Below are positions 54,709-64,000 of a DNA stretch of 64,000 bases, one piece after another. A program made the translations under genes and the position numbers. The notes beneath the pieces were generated by a model, which saw only the letters and a list, made by a program, of their open reading frames with translations, made no database searches and was not told the origin of the DNA. Numbering within the stretch: position 1 is the first letter of the stretch; each line of letters starts with the position of its first letter. Source of the DNA: an uncultured Pseudomonadota bacterium (GTDB lineage: Bacteria; Pseudomonadota; Alphaproteobacteria; JACZXZ01); the NCBI GenBank assembly GCA_963749075.1, contig CAVVLJ010000004.1, forward strand, positions 416,001-480,000, written 5' to 3'.

Positions 54709-56127
54709 CTAGTGGGCGAGCTCGGCGAGGGTGTGCTCGTTGCCCGGGGCGAGGATGACGCACTCGTGACGCTGCCGGTGGATCTTGCCGCAGGCGGCGT
54801 GCGCCTCGCCCGCGCTGATGCCGGTCAGGCGGGCGCGATAGACCATGCCGCGGCCGGCCGGGCCGCGCACGACGGAGACCGTCGCCTTGCGCAATCCGGC
54901 GAACGCGTGCTTCACCCTGAGCGCCGCCGAGTGGGCCTGGCGGCTGTGGGCATAGGCGCCCACTTGGATGCCCCAGCGGTTGCCCCAGTGGGACGCCGGA
55001 TGCCGCTCCTCGGCCTGATCGTCCTCGATCACCGCGAGGGCAGGCGCCGTCTTGACGTTGGCACTGGGCGCTTGGCCGGTGCTTGCCGCGGCGCCGGCCG
55101 GCGCGGCGGCTGCCTCGCGGGGTTCGGCGGCGGCGGGTGCCGCGCCCGGCGCATCGCCGAGCGGAGCCGAGCTCACGGCGGCGATCGCCGCCGCCGGCAT
55201 CTTGGGGCCATCATCCTTGGCGTCATTGTCCTTGGCGCCCGCGCGGGCGAGGAAGGGTCCGGCCGCCGAAGCGGGGGCCGCCGCGGGCGCGGCATAGCTC
55301 GCCTGGCGGACGACGGCGCGCCGGTCGAAGCCCGAGTCGAGAAGGCGCATCATCGCTCGGTCGCGCGCAGCACCGGTACGGCCGCCCAGCACCACGCCGA
55401 TGAGGCGCCGGCCGTCGCGCACCGCGGAGGTCACCAGATTGTAGCCCGAGGCATGGATGTAGCCCGTCTTGAGCCCGTCCGCCCCGTCGTAATTGACCAG
55501 CACGTGATTGTGGGTGGGGATGGTGGTGCCCTGGAAGGTGAACTCGCGGGCGCTGAAGTAGTGGTAGAATTGCGGATAGTCGCGGATGAGCGCGCGCGCG
55601 AGCGCCGCCATGTCGCGCGCCGTCGTGACCTGATCCGGATCGGGCAGGCCCGAGGCGTTGTAGAAATGGGTGGCGGTCATGCCGAGCTGGGCCGCCTTCT
55701 TCGTCATGAGCTCGGCGAAATGATCCTCGCTGCCGCCCAGCGCCTCGGCCAGCACCACGGCGGCGTCATTGGCCGACTTGACGGTGAGACCGAGGACGGC
55801 CTCCTCCACCGTGATCGTCTCGCCCGGCTCCAGATCGAGCTTGGTCGGCTCCTGTGCCGCGGCGTGCGGCGACACGCCGAGCGGCTGATTGAGCTTGAGG
55901 CGTCCTTGCTGCACGGCCTCGAACGTGAGGTAGAGGGTCATCATCTTGGTGAGCGAGGCCGGGTAGGTCCGCGCATCGGCATTATAAGATTCGAGCACCT
56001 GGCCGGTCCTGGCGTCGATCACCAGCGCTTCATACGCCTCGGGTCTTGCCAAGGCCGGCTGCGCCCACAGCACGGCACTGCCGAGAAGCAGCAGAACGGC
56101 AACGCTAGAGAGCCGGCCTCGAGACAT
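54709..56127 (-). CDS. D-Ala-D-Ala carboxypeptidase (peptidase S11) with C-terminal SPOR domain
   Basis: PASLTK, SAN, KTG motifs; WGIQVGAY SPOR. Confidence 0.92.
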   Translation of the reverse strand: MSRGRLSSVAVLLLLGSAVLWAQPALARPEAYEALVIDARTGQVLESYNADARTYPASLTKMMTLYLTFEAVQQGRLKLNQPLGVSPHAAAQEPTKLDLEPGETITVEEAVLGLTVKSANDAAVVLAEALGGSEDHFAELMTKKAAQLGMTATHFYNASGLPDPDQVTTARDMAALARALIRDYPQFYHYFSAREFTFQGTTIPTHNHVLVNYDGADGLKTGYIHASGYNLVTSAVRDGRRLIGVVLGGRTGAARDRAMMRLLDSGFDRRAVVRQASYAAPAAAPASAAGPFLARAGAKDNDAKDDGPKMPAAAIAAVSSAPLGDAPGAAPAAAEPREAAAAPAGAAASTGQAPSANVKTAPALAVIEDDQAEERHPASHWGNRWGIQVGAYAHSRQAHSAALRVKHAFAGLRKATVSVVRGPAGRGMVYRARLTGISAGEAHAACGKIHRQRHECVILAPGNEHTLAELAH

Positions 56128-56426
56128 GAAACGACCTCCCATCTGCCCTCAACTCTCCCCCTCGAGCGAGTTCTCTCCCGGACACTGCCCAATGAATCCC
56201 TGATCAGATTGCGGCAATTCTATGGAACGACAGATTCCGTGTCTACCCAAAACGCCGCACCAAGAAAAAAATCGAGCTATTCGGCAGCGAATGCCTGCTG
56301 TGCTTGGCCCTCTCCGCGCTGCCGAGGACGCCGCCGCGGGCAGGGCGGGCGTCGTCGGAGCAGGCTCCCCGGCGCGCCTTCGGGCGATGCCCGCGACGCC
56401 CGGGCATGGTGCGGAATCTCTTTTGT

Positions 56427-56495
56427 TGCAATGCACAATAAATCTTGACAACCGCGAGGGGTTGCCTATATTCCGGTCATTGCTGCAATGCAGCA
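56427..56495 (+). promoter_or_regulatory. Phasin promoter flanked by two PhaR-type boxes
   Basis: TGCAATGCACAA (56427) and TGCAATGCAGCA (56484) on either side of CTTGAC...CTATAT. Confidence 0.7.
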
Positions 56496-56578
56496 TAACC
56501 GCTTGGCGTGCAGGCCGGATTCGGCGTGGGCGGTGCGCGTTCGCGCTTTATTTCAGCATATGGAAAGGAGTCCCGGAG

Positions 56579-57106
56579 ATGGCATCCAAAGGCAAGACTG
56601 AGAGGCCGGTGCAACCGCTCGGGTCGGTTGTCGAGGCCGGCAAGCAGACGGTCGAGAGCGTGGTCAAGGCATCGACCGAGGCCGCGACGAAGAACTACGG
56701 GAAGGCGATCGCCGCGACTCAGGAGCAGCTCGAGAAGGCGACGAGTGCCGCGTTCCAGAGCTACGACGAGTTCGCAGCGCTCGGCAAGGACAACCTCGAC
56801 GCCTTCGTCAAGGCCTCGACCGTGCTGGTCAAGGGCTTCGAGACGCTCGGCAAGGAGGTCGCGAGCTACGGCCAGACCTCGATCGAGAAGAGCGTGGCGA
56901 GCGCGCAGGCGCTGTTCGGCGTGAAGACGCTGCGCGAGCTGGTCGAGCTGCAGACCGAGATGGCCAAGGAGAGCTTCGATGCCCTGGTGGCCGGGGGCAC
57001 CAGGATCGGCGAGCTCTCGGTGAAGGTGGCGAACGATGCCTTCGAGCCGATCCAGGAGCAGGTGAGCGTGGCGGTCGAGAAGATGCTGAAGCCGATCGCC
57101 GCCTGA
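56579..57106 (+). CDS. phaP: Phasin
   Basis: Ala/Lys/Glu-rich helical protein, KDNLDAFVKAS, KTLRELVELQ; between dac and clpS. Confidence 0.85.
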   Translation: MASKGKTERPVQPLGSVVEAGKQTVESVVKASTEAATKNYGKAIAATQEQLEKATSAAFQSYDEFAALGKDNLDAFVKASTVLVKGFETLGKEVASYGQTSIEKSVASAQALFGVKTLRELVELQTEMAKESFDALVAGGTRIGELSVKVANDAFEPIQEQVSVAVEKMLKPIAA

Positions 57107-57134
57107 CGTTTCTCCACCGGCGGCAGTGCGTTCC

Positions 57135-57164
57135 AAAGGGCTCGCGATCGATCGCGGGCCCTTT
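57135..57164 (+). terminator. Rho-independent terminator
   Basis: AAAGGGCTCGCGATCGATCGCGGGCCCTTT hairpin after the phasin stop. Confidence 0.75.
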
Positions 57165-57306
57165 GTCGTTTCCGTGGTATGCTTCACCGCCGCGCGGCGG
57201 CGCATTAAGTCACCCTTGAGCCGCTTCGAAGGGTTTTGTGTTGCGCGCGATTTTGAATATCATAGGCGGATCTTGGGCGACCCTGGGATAAGATCGTCGA
57301 GCGGCC

Positions 57307-57636
57307 ATGGGCAACACGCGCAAGTCTGACGAGGATGGCGGCACCGGCACGGGCGTAGTGGTCAAGCCCCGGCCGAAGACCAAGAAGCCCGCGCTCTACA
57401 AGGTGCTGATGCTGAACGACGACTACACGCCAATGGAGTTTGTCGTGCATGTTCTGGAGCGCTTTTTCGGCAAGAGCCATCAGGATGCGACGCAGATCAT
57501 GCTGCACGTCCATCGCCGCGGCGTGGGCGTGTGCGGCGTCTACAGCTTCGAGGTGGCCGAGACCAAGGTCAATCAAGTGATCGACTACGCGCGGCGCCAT
57601 CAGCATCCGCTGCAATGCACGCTCGAGAAGGAATAG
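57307..57636 (+). CDS. clpS: ClpAP adaptor
   Basis: [25 protein letters not shown]. Confidence 0.97.
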   Translation: MGNTRKSDEDGGTGTGVVVKPRPKTKKPALYKVLMLNDDYTPMEFVVHVLERFFGKSHQDATQIMLHVHRRGVGVCGVYSFEVAETKVNQVIDYARRHQHPLQCTLEKE

Positions 57637-57666
57637 CCGCATCCCATTGGAGACAGGTCAAGCCGC

Positions 57667-59997
57667 ATGCTCTCACCCAACCTCGAACAGAGCCTTCACC
57701 GCGCGCTGGCGCTGGCCAACGAGCGGCGGCACGAATACGCGACGCTCGAGCACCTGCTGCTCGCCCTCTCCGAGGACGCGGACGCGCTCGCGGTGCTGCG
57801 CGCCTGCGGCGTCGACGTGGACCGCCTGAGGCGCGAGCTCACCGACTACGTCGACAACGAGCTCTCGAGCCTCATCACCAACCGGCTCGAGGACGCCAAG
57901 CCCACCGCGGGCTTCCAGCGCGTCCTCCAGCGCGCCGCCATCCACGTGCAGTCGTCCGGCCGGGAGGAGGTGACGGGTGCCAACGTGCTGGTCGCCATGT
58001 TCGCCGAGCGCGAGTCCCACGCCGTGTTCTTCCTCCAGGAGCAGGACATGACGCGGCTCGACGCGGTCAACTACATCTCGCACGGCATCGCCAAGGTGCC
58101 GGGCCACACCCAGGCCAAGAGCCCGCACGGCGCCGACGACGACGCGGCACCGGAGAAGGTGGTGCGGCGCGGGCAGGACGCGCTCGGCAGCTATTGCGTC
58201 AACCTCAACGAGAAGGCGCGCCAGGGCAAGATCGACCCGCTCATCGGCCGCGAAGCGGAGGTCGAGCGCACCATCCAGATCCTGTGCCGGCGCCAGAAGA
58301 ACAATCCGCTCTACGTGGGCGATCCGGGCGTGGGCAAGACCGCGATCGCCGAAGGCCTAGCCAGGCGCATCGTGCGCGGCGAGGTGCCCGACGTGCTGCG
58401 CGGCTCGGTGATCTACAGCCTCGACATGGGAGCGCTGCTCGCCGGCACGCGCTACCGCGGCGACTTCGAGGAGCGGCTCAAGGCGGTCATCAACGAGCTC
58501 GAGCACCAGAAGAACGCCATCCTCTTCATCGACGAGATCCACACGGTGATCGGCGCGGGCGCCACCAGCGGCGGCTCGATGGACGCCTCCAACTTGCTCA
58601 AGCCGGCGCTCGCCGGCGGCACCATCCGCTGCATCGGCTCGACGACCTACAAGGAGTACCGCAACTACTTCGAGAAGGACCGCGCGCTCGTCCGCCGCTT
58701 CCAGAAGATCGACGTGAACGAGCCGTCGGTCGAGGATTCGATCAAGATCCTGCAGGGCCTCAAGCCCTATTACGAGCGCCACCACCGCGTGCGCTACACC
58801 GCCGAGGCGATCCGCGCCGCGGTCGAGCTCTCGGCGCGCTACATCACCGACCGCAAGCTGCCCGACAAGGCGATCGACGTGATCGACGAGGTGGGGGCGG
58901 CGCAGATGCTGGTCGCCGAGAACAAGCGCAAGAAGACGGTGGCGCTCAAGGACGTGGAGGCCGTGGTCGCCAAGATCGCGCGCATCCCGCCGCGCAACGT
59001 GAGCCGCGACGACAAGAGCGTGCTGCGGGGCCTCGAGCAGGACCTGAAGCGCATGGTCTTCGGCCAGGACCGCGCCATCCACGCGCTGTCGTCTGCCATC
59101 AAGCTCGCCCGCGCGGGCCTGCGCGAGCCGGAGAAGCCGATCGGCTGCTATCTCTTCTCGGGTCCGACCGGCGTCGGCAAGACCGAGGTGGCGCGCCAGC
59201 TCGCGCACTCGCTCTCGGTCGAGCTCATCCGCTTCGACATGTCCGAGTACATGGAGCGCCACAGCGTCTCGCGGCTCATCGGAGCACCCCCCGGCTACGT
59301 CGGCTTCGACCAGGGCGGCTTGCTCACCGACGCGGTCGACCAGCACCCCTACGCGGTCCTCCTCCTCGACGAGATCGAGAAGGCGCATCCCGACCTCTTC
59401 AACATCCTTCTCCAGGTCATGGACCACGGCAAGCTCACCGATCACAACGGCAAGACCATCGACTTCCGCAACGTCATCCTCATCATGACGACGAACGCGG
59501 GCGCCGCCGACATGGCGAAGCACCCCATCGGCTTCGAGCGCACGACCCGGCTCGGCGACGACCAGGACGCCATCAACCGCATGTTCACGCCGGAGTTCCG
59601 CAACCGCCTCGATGCCACCATCGGCTTCGCGCATCTCACGCCGGAGACCGTCGAGCGCGTGGTCGACAAGTTCGTCATCCAGCTCGAGGAGCAGCTCGCC
59701 GACCGCAACGTCTCGATCGAGTTGACACCCGAGGCGCGGCGCTGGCTCGCCCAGAAGGGCTACGATCCGGCCTTCGGCGCGCGGCCGCTCGGCCGCGTCA
59801 TCCAGGAGCACGTCAAGAAGGGCATCGCCGACGAGCTCCTCTTCGGCAAGCTCGTCCACGGCGGCATCGTCAAGGTGCGGCTCGAGGGCGATGTGCTCGC
59901 CTTCGATTATCTCCCCGAGATCCGCACCAAGCGGAAGGCCAAGGAGGGCGGCGGCGAGCCGGTGCCGCCGCCGCCGCCGCCGGCGCTCGTGGAGTAG
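57667..59997 (+). CDS. clpA: ATP-dependent Clp protease ATPase
   Basis: Two AAA modules GDPGVGKT and GPTGVGKT; follows clpS. Confidence 0.97.
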   Translation: MLSPNLEQSLHRALALANERRHEYATLEHLLLALSEDADALAVLRACGVDVDRLRRELTDYVDNELSSLITNRLEDAKPTAGFQRVLQRAAIHVQSSGREEVTGANVLVAMFAERESHAVFFLQEQDMTRLDAVNYISHGIAKVPGHTQAKSPHGADDDAAPEKVVRRGQDALGSYCVNLNEKARQGKIDPLIGREAEVERTIQILCRRQKNNPLYVGDPGVGKTAIAEGLARRIVRGEVPDVLRGSVIYSLDMGALLAGTRYRGDFEERLKAVINELEHQKNAILFIDEIHTVIGAGATSGGSMDASNLLKPALAGGTIRCIGSTTYKEYRNYFEKDRALVRRFQKIDVNEPSVEDSIKILQGLKPYYERHHRVRYTAEAIRAAVELSARYITDRKLPDKAIDVIDEVGAAQMLVAENKRKKTVALKDVEAVVAKIARIPPRNVSRDDKSVLRGLEQDLKRMVFGQDRAIHALSSAIKLARAGLREPEKPIGCYLFSGPTGVGKTEVARQLAHSLSVELIRFDMSEYMERHSVSRLIGAPPGYVGFDQGGLLTDAVDQHPYAVLLLDEIEKAHPDLFNILLQVMDHGKLTDHNGKTIDFRNVILIMTTNAGAADMAKHPIGFERTTRLGDDQDAINRMFTPEFRNRLDATIGFAHLTPETVERVVDKFVIQLEEQLADRNVSIELTPEARRWLAQKGYDPAFGARPLGRVIQEHVKKGIADELLFGKLVHGGIVKVRLEGDVLAFDYLPEIRTKRKAKEGGGEPVPPPPPPALVE

Positions 59998-60031
59998 CAG
60001 CGGCACGGAAGCCGTCTCTGGCGGTAGCGTC

Positions 60032-61165
60032 ATGGTGCACCGCTTTCTCGAGGGCGTGCGCGTCCTCGACCTCAGCCAATATGTGCCGGGGCCTTACGCG
60101 GCGCTCATCCTGGCCGACCTCGGCGCCGAGGTGGTCAAGCTCGAGCCGCCCGGCGGCGAGCCCATGCGGCGCGCGGCACTCCGCGGCAAGGACGGCGTCT
60201 CCGCCCATTACAAGGTGATGAACGGCGGCAAGACGGTCGTCGAGCTCGACCTCAAGTCGCCCGCCGGCAAGGCAGGCTTCGAGACGCTCCTCGCCGCCGC
60301 CGACGTCATGGTCGAGTCCTACCGCCCGGGCGTGCTCGACCGCCTGGGCTTCACGCGCGAGCGGCTCCTTGAGCTCAACCCGCGGCTCGTCCATGTGGCG
60401 CTCTCGGGCTGGGGGCAGGGCGGGCCCTACCGGCTCAAGGCCGGCCACGACATCAATTACATGTCGCTCGGCGGCGGCCTCATCGCCGCGGGCCCGCTTG
60501 CGGCACCCTCCTTCGCCTGGCCGCCCGCCGCCGATTACGCGAGCGGCATCCAGGCGGCGGCGGCGGCGCTCGCCGGCCTGGTGCGCCGCGGCCGCACCGG
60601 CACGGGCGCCTTCATCGACGTGAGCCTCGCCGAGAGCGTGCTCGCCTGGCAGTCGATCGGCCTCACCTCGGCGGCGCGCGGCGCGGGCGCGCCCACGCGC
60701 GCCGCCGGCCAGCTGAACGGCGGTGCCGCCTGCTACAACATCTACCGCACCAAGGACGGGCGCTTCCTCTCGCTGGGCAATCTCGAGGCGAAGTTCTGGG
60801 CCAACTTCTGCCGCGCGGTCGGGCGGCCGGTGTGGATCCCGCGCCAATGGGAACCCCTCCCGCAGCATACCCTCATCGCCGAGCTCGCGGCCCTCTTTGC
60901 CGCCGAGCCGCTCGCCCATTGGGAACGCATCTTGGAACCGGTCGACAACTGCTTCGAGCCGGTGCGCGAATTCGCCGAGATCGAAGATCACGCGCAGGTG
61001 GCGGCGCGCCGGCTCGTGCAGCGCACGGAGGGGCCCGAGCCGCTCGTCGAGGTGCTCTTCCCCGCCTGGGTCGACGGCGCGCCGCCGGGCCCGCGCCCGC
61101 CCGTGCGCTTCGCGGAGGCGGGCGAGGTGGTGGGCGCCTGGCAGGCGCCGGCGGTCGCGGAATAG
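60032..61165 (+). CDS. CaiB/BaiF family III CoA transferase
   Basis: LEGVRVLDLS, LADLGAEVVKLEPP, AGHDINY. Confidence 0.92.
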   Translation: MVHRFLEGVRVLDLSQYVPGPYAALILADLGAEVVKLEPPGGEPMRRAALRGKDGVSAHYKVMNGGKTVVELDLKSPAGKAGFETLLAAADVMVESYRPGVLDRLGFTRERLLELNPRLVHVALSGWGQGGPYRLKAGHDINYMSLGGGLIAAGPLAAPSFAWPPAADYASGIQAAAAALAGLVRRGRTGTGAFIDVSLAESVLAWQSIGLTSAARGAGAPTRAAGQLNGGAACYNIYRTKDGRFLSLGNLEAKFWANFCRAVGRPVWIPRQWEPLPQHTLIAELAALFAAEPLAHWERILEPVDNCFEPVREFAEIEDHAQVAARRLVQRTEGPEPLVEVLFPAWVDGAPPGPRPPVRFAEAGEVVGAWQAPAVAE

Positions 61166-61173
61166 GCGCTCCG

Positions 61174-62010
61174 CTATTTCGCCGGCGCAGTCTCGTCGAA
61201 GGGGGACGCCGGCAGAGGGGCTGCCGTCGGATCGGGCGTCTGCGGCGTACCGAACTTCACGTCGACGCGGCCGCGGCGCCCGCCGTCCGGATATTTGCCC
61301 TCGTCGACGAGCGCCTGGCGGCGCTGCGTATAGAGGCTGCGCATGGAGGCGTAATAGTCGATCGAGGTGCTCTCGATGGCGTCGAGCGCGTCGAGGTATT
61401 GCGTGCGCTCGTCGAGCGTGGAGACGCTCGACTTGGCCAGGTTCGCGTAAGTGATCGCCGCCGAGCCGCCGATGAAGAAGAAGGGATCGACGACGAAGCC
61501 GACCAGGATACCGACCGTATCGCGGAGATCCGAGGGGCCGAAAAAGGGCAGCTCGACATAGGGCCCCGGGTCGATGCCCCAGACGCCGAAGGTCTGACCG
61601 AAGTCGGCGTCGTGGTGCGGCAGTTCCCAGCGGACGGCGATGTCGAAGATGCCGAGGCCGCCTACGGTGGTGTTCACGACAAAGCGGCGCAGCGCCGTCC
61701 AGGCGAGGCCGAGATTGCCCTGGAGCAGGTCGTTGAGCCCGACCACCGGCTCGCCGAGATTGGCGAGCACGTTGTGGACGCCCTTGCGCACGCCCTCGGG
61801 CAGGTTGTCGCGGTAGGCGACCGCCACCGGCTTCATCACGTTGCGGTCGGCGAACTGGTTGGCCGAGAAGACGTCGCGGTTCGCCCCCTCGACGGGATCG
61901 CTCACGTCGCCCGCCTGCGCCGCCGCAGCCGCCCCGCCGGGCGGATCGGAGCAGGCGGCGAGAGAGAGGAGCACCGCCGTGACGAGCGGCACATGGAGAG
62001 CGGATCTCAT
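61174..62010 (-). CDS. mlaA: VacJ/MlaA lipoprotein
   Basis: Lipobox LAAC, DPVEGANR, NTTVGGLG, DFGQTFGVWG, GPSDLRD. Confidence 0.92.
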   Translation of the reverse strand: MRSALHVPLVTAVLLSLAACSDPPGGAAAAAQAGDVSDPVEGANRDVFSANQFADRNVMKPVAVAYRDNLPEGVRKGVHNVLANLGEPVVGLNDLLQGNLGLAWTALRRFVVNTTVGGLGIFDIAVRWELPHHDADFGQTFGVWGIDPGPYVELPFFGPSDLRDTVGILVGFVVDPFFFIGGSAAITYANLAKSSVSTLDERTQYLDALDAIESTSIDYYASMRSLYTQRRQALVDEGKYPDGGRRGRVDVKFGTPQTPDPTAAPLPASPFDETAPAK

Positions 62011-62576
62011 GGCCCTCTCGGTTATGCGACTTGTCCTGCCCCGCCAATGATCGCCGTCACAGCTCGAGCCCCGGCCGGCGGAAGCGGGCGCGCAAAGGGC
62101 GCGCCATCCCTCTCGCACATCTTATGCCGCGTCGCCCCGCGGCGTACAATACCGTCGGCGCCCCGGACCGGCCGACCCCGCGTCCGGGGCGGCGCAGGGA
62201 AGCCGCTGCTGCTCCATATGTCTCCATAGGACTCCACAAAGCGCGGCCAAGGACCCCGGCCGGCGCCCTGTAAGTTGGGCGCCGCGCGCATGGCCGCCAT
62301 GGCCGGAGAGATGCCATGTTTGCATTTTAGGCAAAGGCCGGCCTAGTTTTTGCGCCGCCGCGGAGGGGCCCGCTCCCGCGCGGCCGGAAGTCCCCGAGCC
62401 CGTCGGCCTTGCCGCCGCGGGGAGCGGGGCCGCGGCGGCAGGCGAAGCTTGGAGACGAGATGACGTCCTTACCGCTCGGCAAGCCGAGACAAGCACATGG
62501 CGCGGTCCGCACGGCGCTGCCCGCGGACCCTGCGATCGCAGGCCAAGCGCCTCAGCGTTCCGGAGGGGCACGCATC

Positions 62577-63290
62577 ATGGCGGCTCAGAAGCGCATTCTT
62601 CTGGTAGACGACGATACGGAGCTGGTCGAGATGATCCGCGAATACCTCGAGCCCGAGGGCTTCGCGGTCGACGTCGCCCACGACAGCGAGACGTGCCTCG
62701 CGAGCGAGCCCGAGCGCAAGGACCTCATCATCCTCGACGTGATGCTGCCGGGGCTTTCGGGGCTCGAGGTCCTCAAGGCGCTGCGCCAGCGCTCGTCGGT
62801 GCCGGTCATCCTCCTGACCGCGCGCGACGGCGAGCTGGACCGCGTGGTGGGCCTCGAGATCGGCGCCGACGATTACGTGCCGAAGCCGTTCAATCCGCGC
62901 GAGCTCGTGGCGCGCATGCGCGCGGTGCTGCGCCGGACCTCGGCCGACGGACCCCGCCCGGCGCCCGATCTCGCGGTCGGCGGCGTCCATCTCAACACCG
63001 CCGCGCGCAGCGCCTCCTGCGACGGCCGCCTCCTCGATCTCACCACCGCCGAGTTCAATCTTCTCGAGCATCTCCTGCGCCGGGCCGGTCAGATCGTGAC
63101 GCGCGACGAGCTGTCGGCGGCGGCCTTCGGCCGCCAGCAGATGACGCGGATCGACCGCAACGTCGACACGCTCGTCAGCAAGGTGAGGCGCAAGCTCGAC
63201 GCGGAGGGCGATCTCGAGGGGCGCATCAAGACCGTGCGCAATATCGGCTATCTCCTGGCACTTCCCCCATCCCCCTCCGAGCGAGGATAA
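62577..63290 (+). CDS. OmpR/CpxR-like response regulator
   Basis: ILLVDDD, LDVMLP, GADDYVPKPF, wHTH with KTVRNIGY. Confidence 0.93.
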   Translation: MAAQKRILLVDDDTELVEMIREYLEPEGFAVDVAHDSETCLASEPERKDLIILDVMLPGLSGLEVLKALRQRSSVPVILLTARDGELDRVVGLEIGADDYVPKPFNPRELVARMRAVLRRTSADGPRPAPDLAVGGVHLNTAARSASCDGRLLDLTTAEFNLLEHLLRRAGQIVTRDELSAAAFGRQQMTRIDRNVDTLVSKVRRKLDAEGDLEGRIKTVRNIGYLLALPPSPSERG

Positions 63291-63294
63291 GGCG

Positions 63295-64000
63295 ATGCCG
63301 CGCACGCTCTTCGGCAAGATCTTCCTGTGGTCGGCGCTGGCGCAGCTCATCACGCTCGGCAGCATCCTGGCGCTGGTGACCTTCTACCTTCCCGAATCGG
63401 AGGAGGCCGTCAACAACGCCTGGTCGCTCTACGCCCACACCGCGGTCGTGCTCCTCGAGAAGTTCGGGCCGGCAGCACTCGACGAATTCCTCACCCGCAC
63501 CGGGGAGGACACGCTGCTCCAGCTGCAGCTCGAGGCGACGCGGCCCGGTGCTCCCTGCCTCTCGCCGGCTCCTGCCGGAGGCAACGCGGCGAGCAGCGCC
63601 GGCGGCACGCGCGCGCCCGACGATGACACCACCGCGATCGCGACGCGCGGGCTCGACGGCGATTATTGCCTCACCGTGCATGCCAAGGCCGGCGGGCTTC
63701 CGGAATCGCCCGAAAGCCGCCGCTCGCGCCTGCAGATCGCCATCCTCTTCGAGCTCCTGAGCTGCGCGGGCTTGAGCTATTTCATCGCGCGCTACCTGGC
63801 GCGGCCGATCTCGGAGCTGCGGCGCGCCGCGACCCGCCTCGCGCGCGGCGACCTTTCGGCGCGGGTCGGCGGCAAGTTCGCCGCGCGCAACGACGAGGCC
63901 GCCGATCTGGTGCGCGAGTTCGACCAGATGGCGGAGCGCGTCGCCGACCTGATCGTGGCGCAGCGCCGCCTCATCGGCGACATCTCGCACGAGATCAAGT
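63295..64000 (+). CDS. CpxA-like sensor histidine kinase (partial, runs off the window end)
   Basis: Two TM segments, HAMP (RPISELRRAA...FDQMAER), H-box DISHEIK. Confidence 0.88.
   Translation, partial: MPRTLFGKIFLWSALAQLITLGSILALVTFYLPESEEAVNNAWSLYAHTAVVLLEKFGPAALDEFLTRTGEDTLLQLQLEATRPGAPCLSPAPAGGNAASSAGGTRAPDDDTTAIATRGLDGDYCLTVHAKAGGLPESPESRRSRLQIAILFELLSCAGLSYFIARYLARPISELRRAATRLARGDLSARVGGKFAARNDEAADLVREFDQMAERVADLIVAQRRLIGDISHEIK

Noticed and set aside
52612-56448. Very long alternative-frame ORFs (e.g. 1278 aa here, 930 aa at 22582, 895 aa at 57531)
   Set aside because: Arg/Ala/Pro-rich shadow frames of real genes, expected at this GC content.
59960-59985. CCG tandem run at the clpA 3' end
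   Set aside because: It encodes a short poly-proline linker and shows no sign of being a contingency locus.

Overview
High-GC alphaproteobacterial chromosome segment, probably Rhodospirillales-like judging by gene order (serC-serA-hisZ-purA, rpoH-rluD, galU-ugd-pgm, phasin-clpS-clpA). A variable region starts at tRNA-Glu(CTC) (25664) and holds toxin-antitoxin modules and remnants, small catabolic or transport operons, an Lhr-like helicase and a nested mobile element. The nested element is an IS1-family, cargo-carrying transposon at 44915-48803, with 18-bp terminal inverted repeats (IRs) and a near-perfect 8-bp target duplication. It contains a truncated transposase, an AT-rich HATPase/DUF4325 passenger gene and a 57-aa accessory ORF missing from the ORF track. 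A complete group II intron (46896-48801) is inserted 2 nt from the tip of its right IR, and the intron's predicted EBS1 loop (TAGTG) is complementary to that IR sequence. Several families of palindromic intergenic repeats occur, some nested in each other. At least six genes, including the housekeeping gene purA, carry small indel frameshifts that look like sequencing or assembly errors. All calls come from reading the sequence by eye; no database searches were run.
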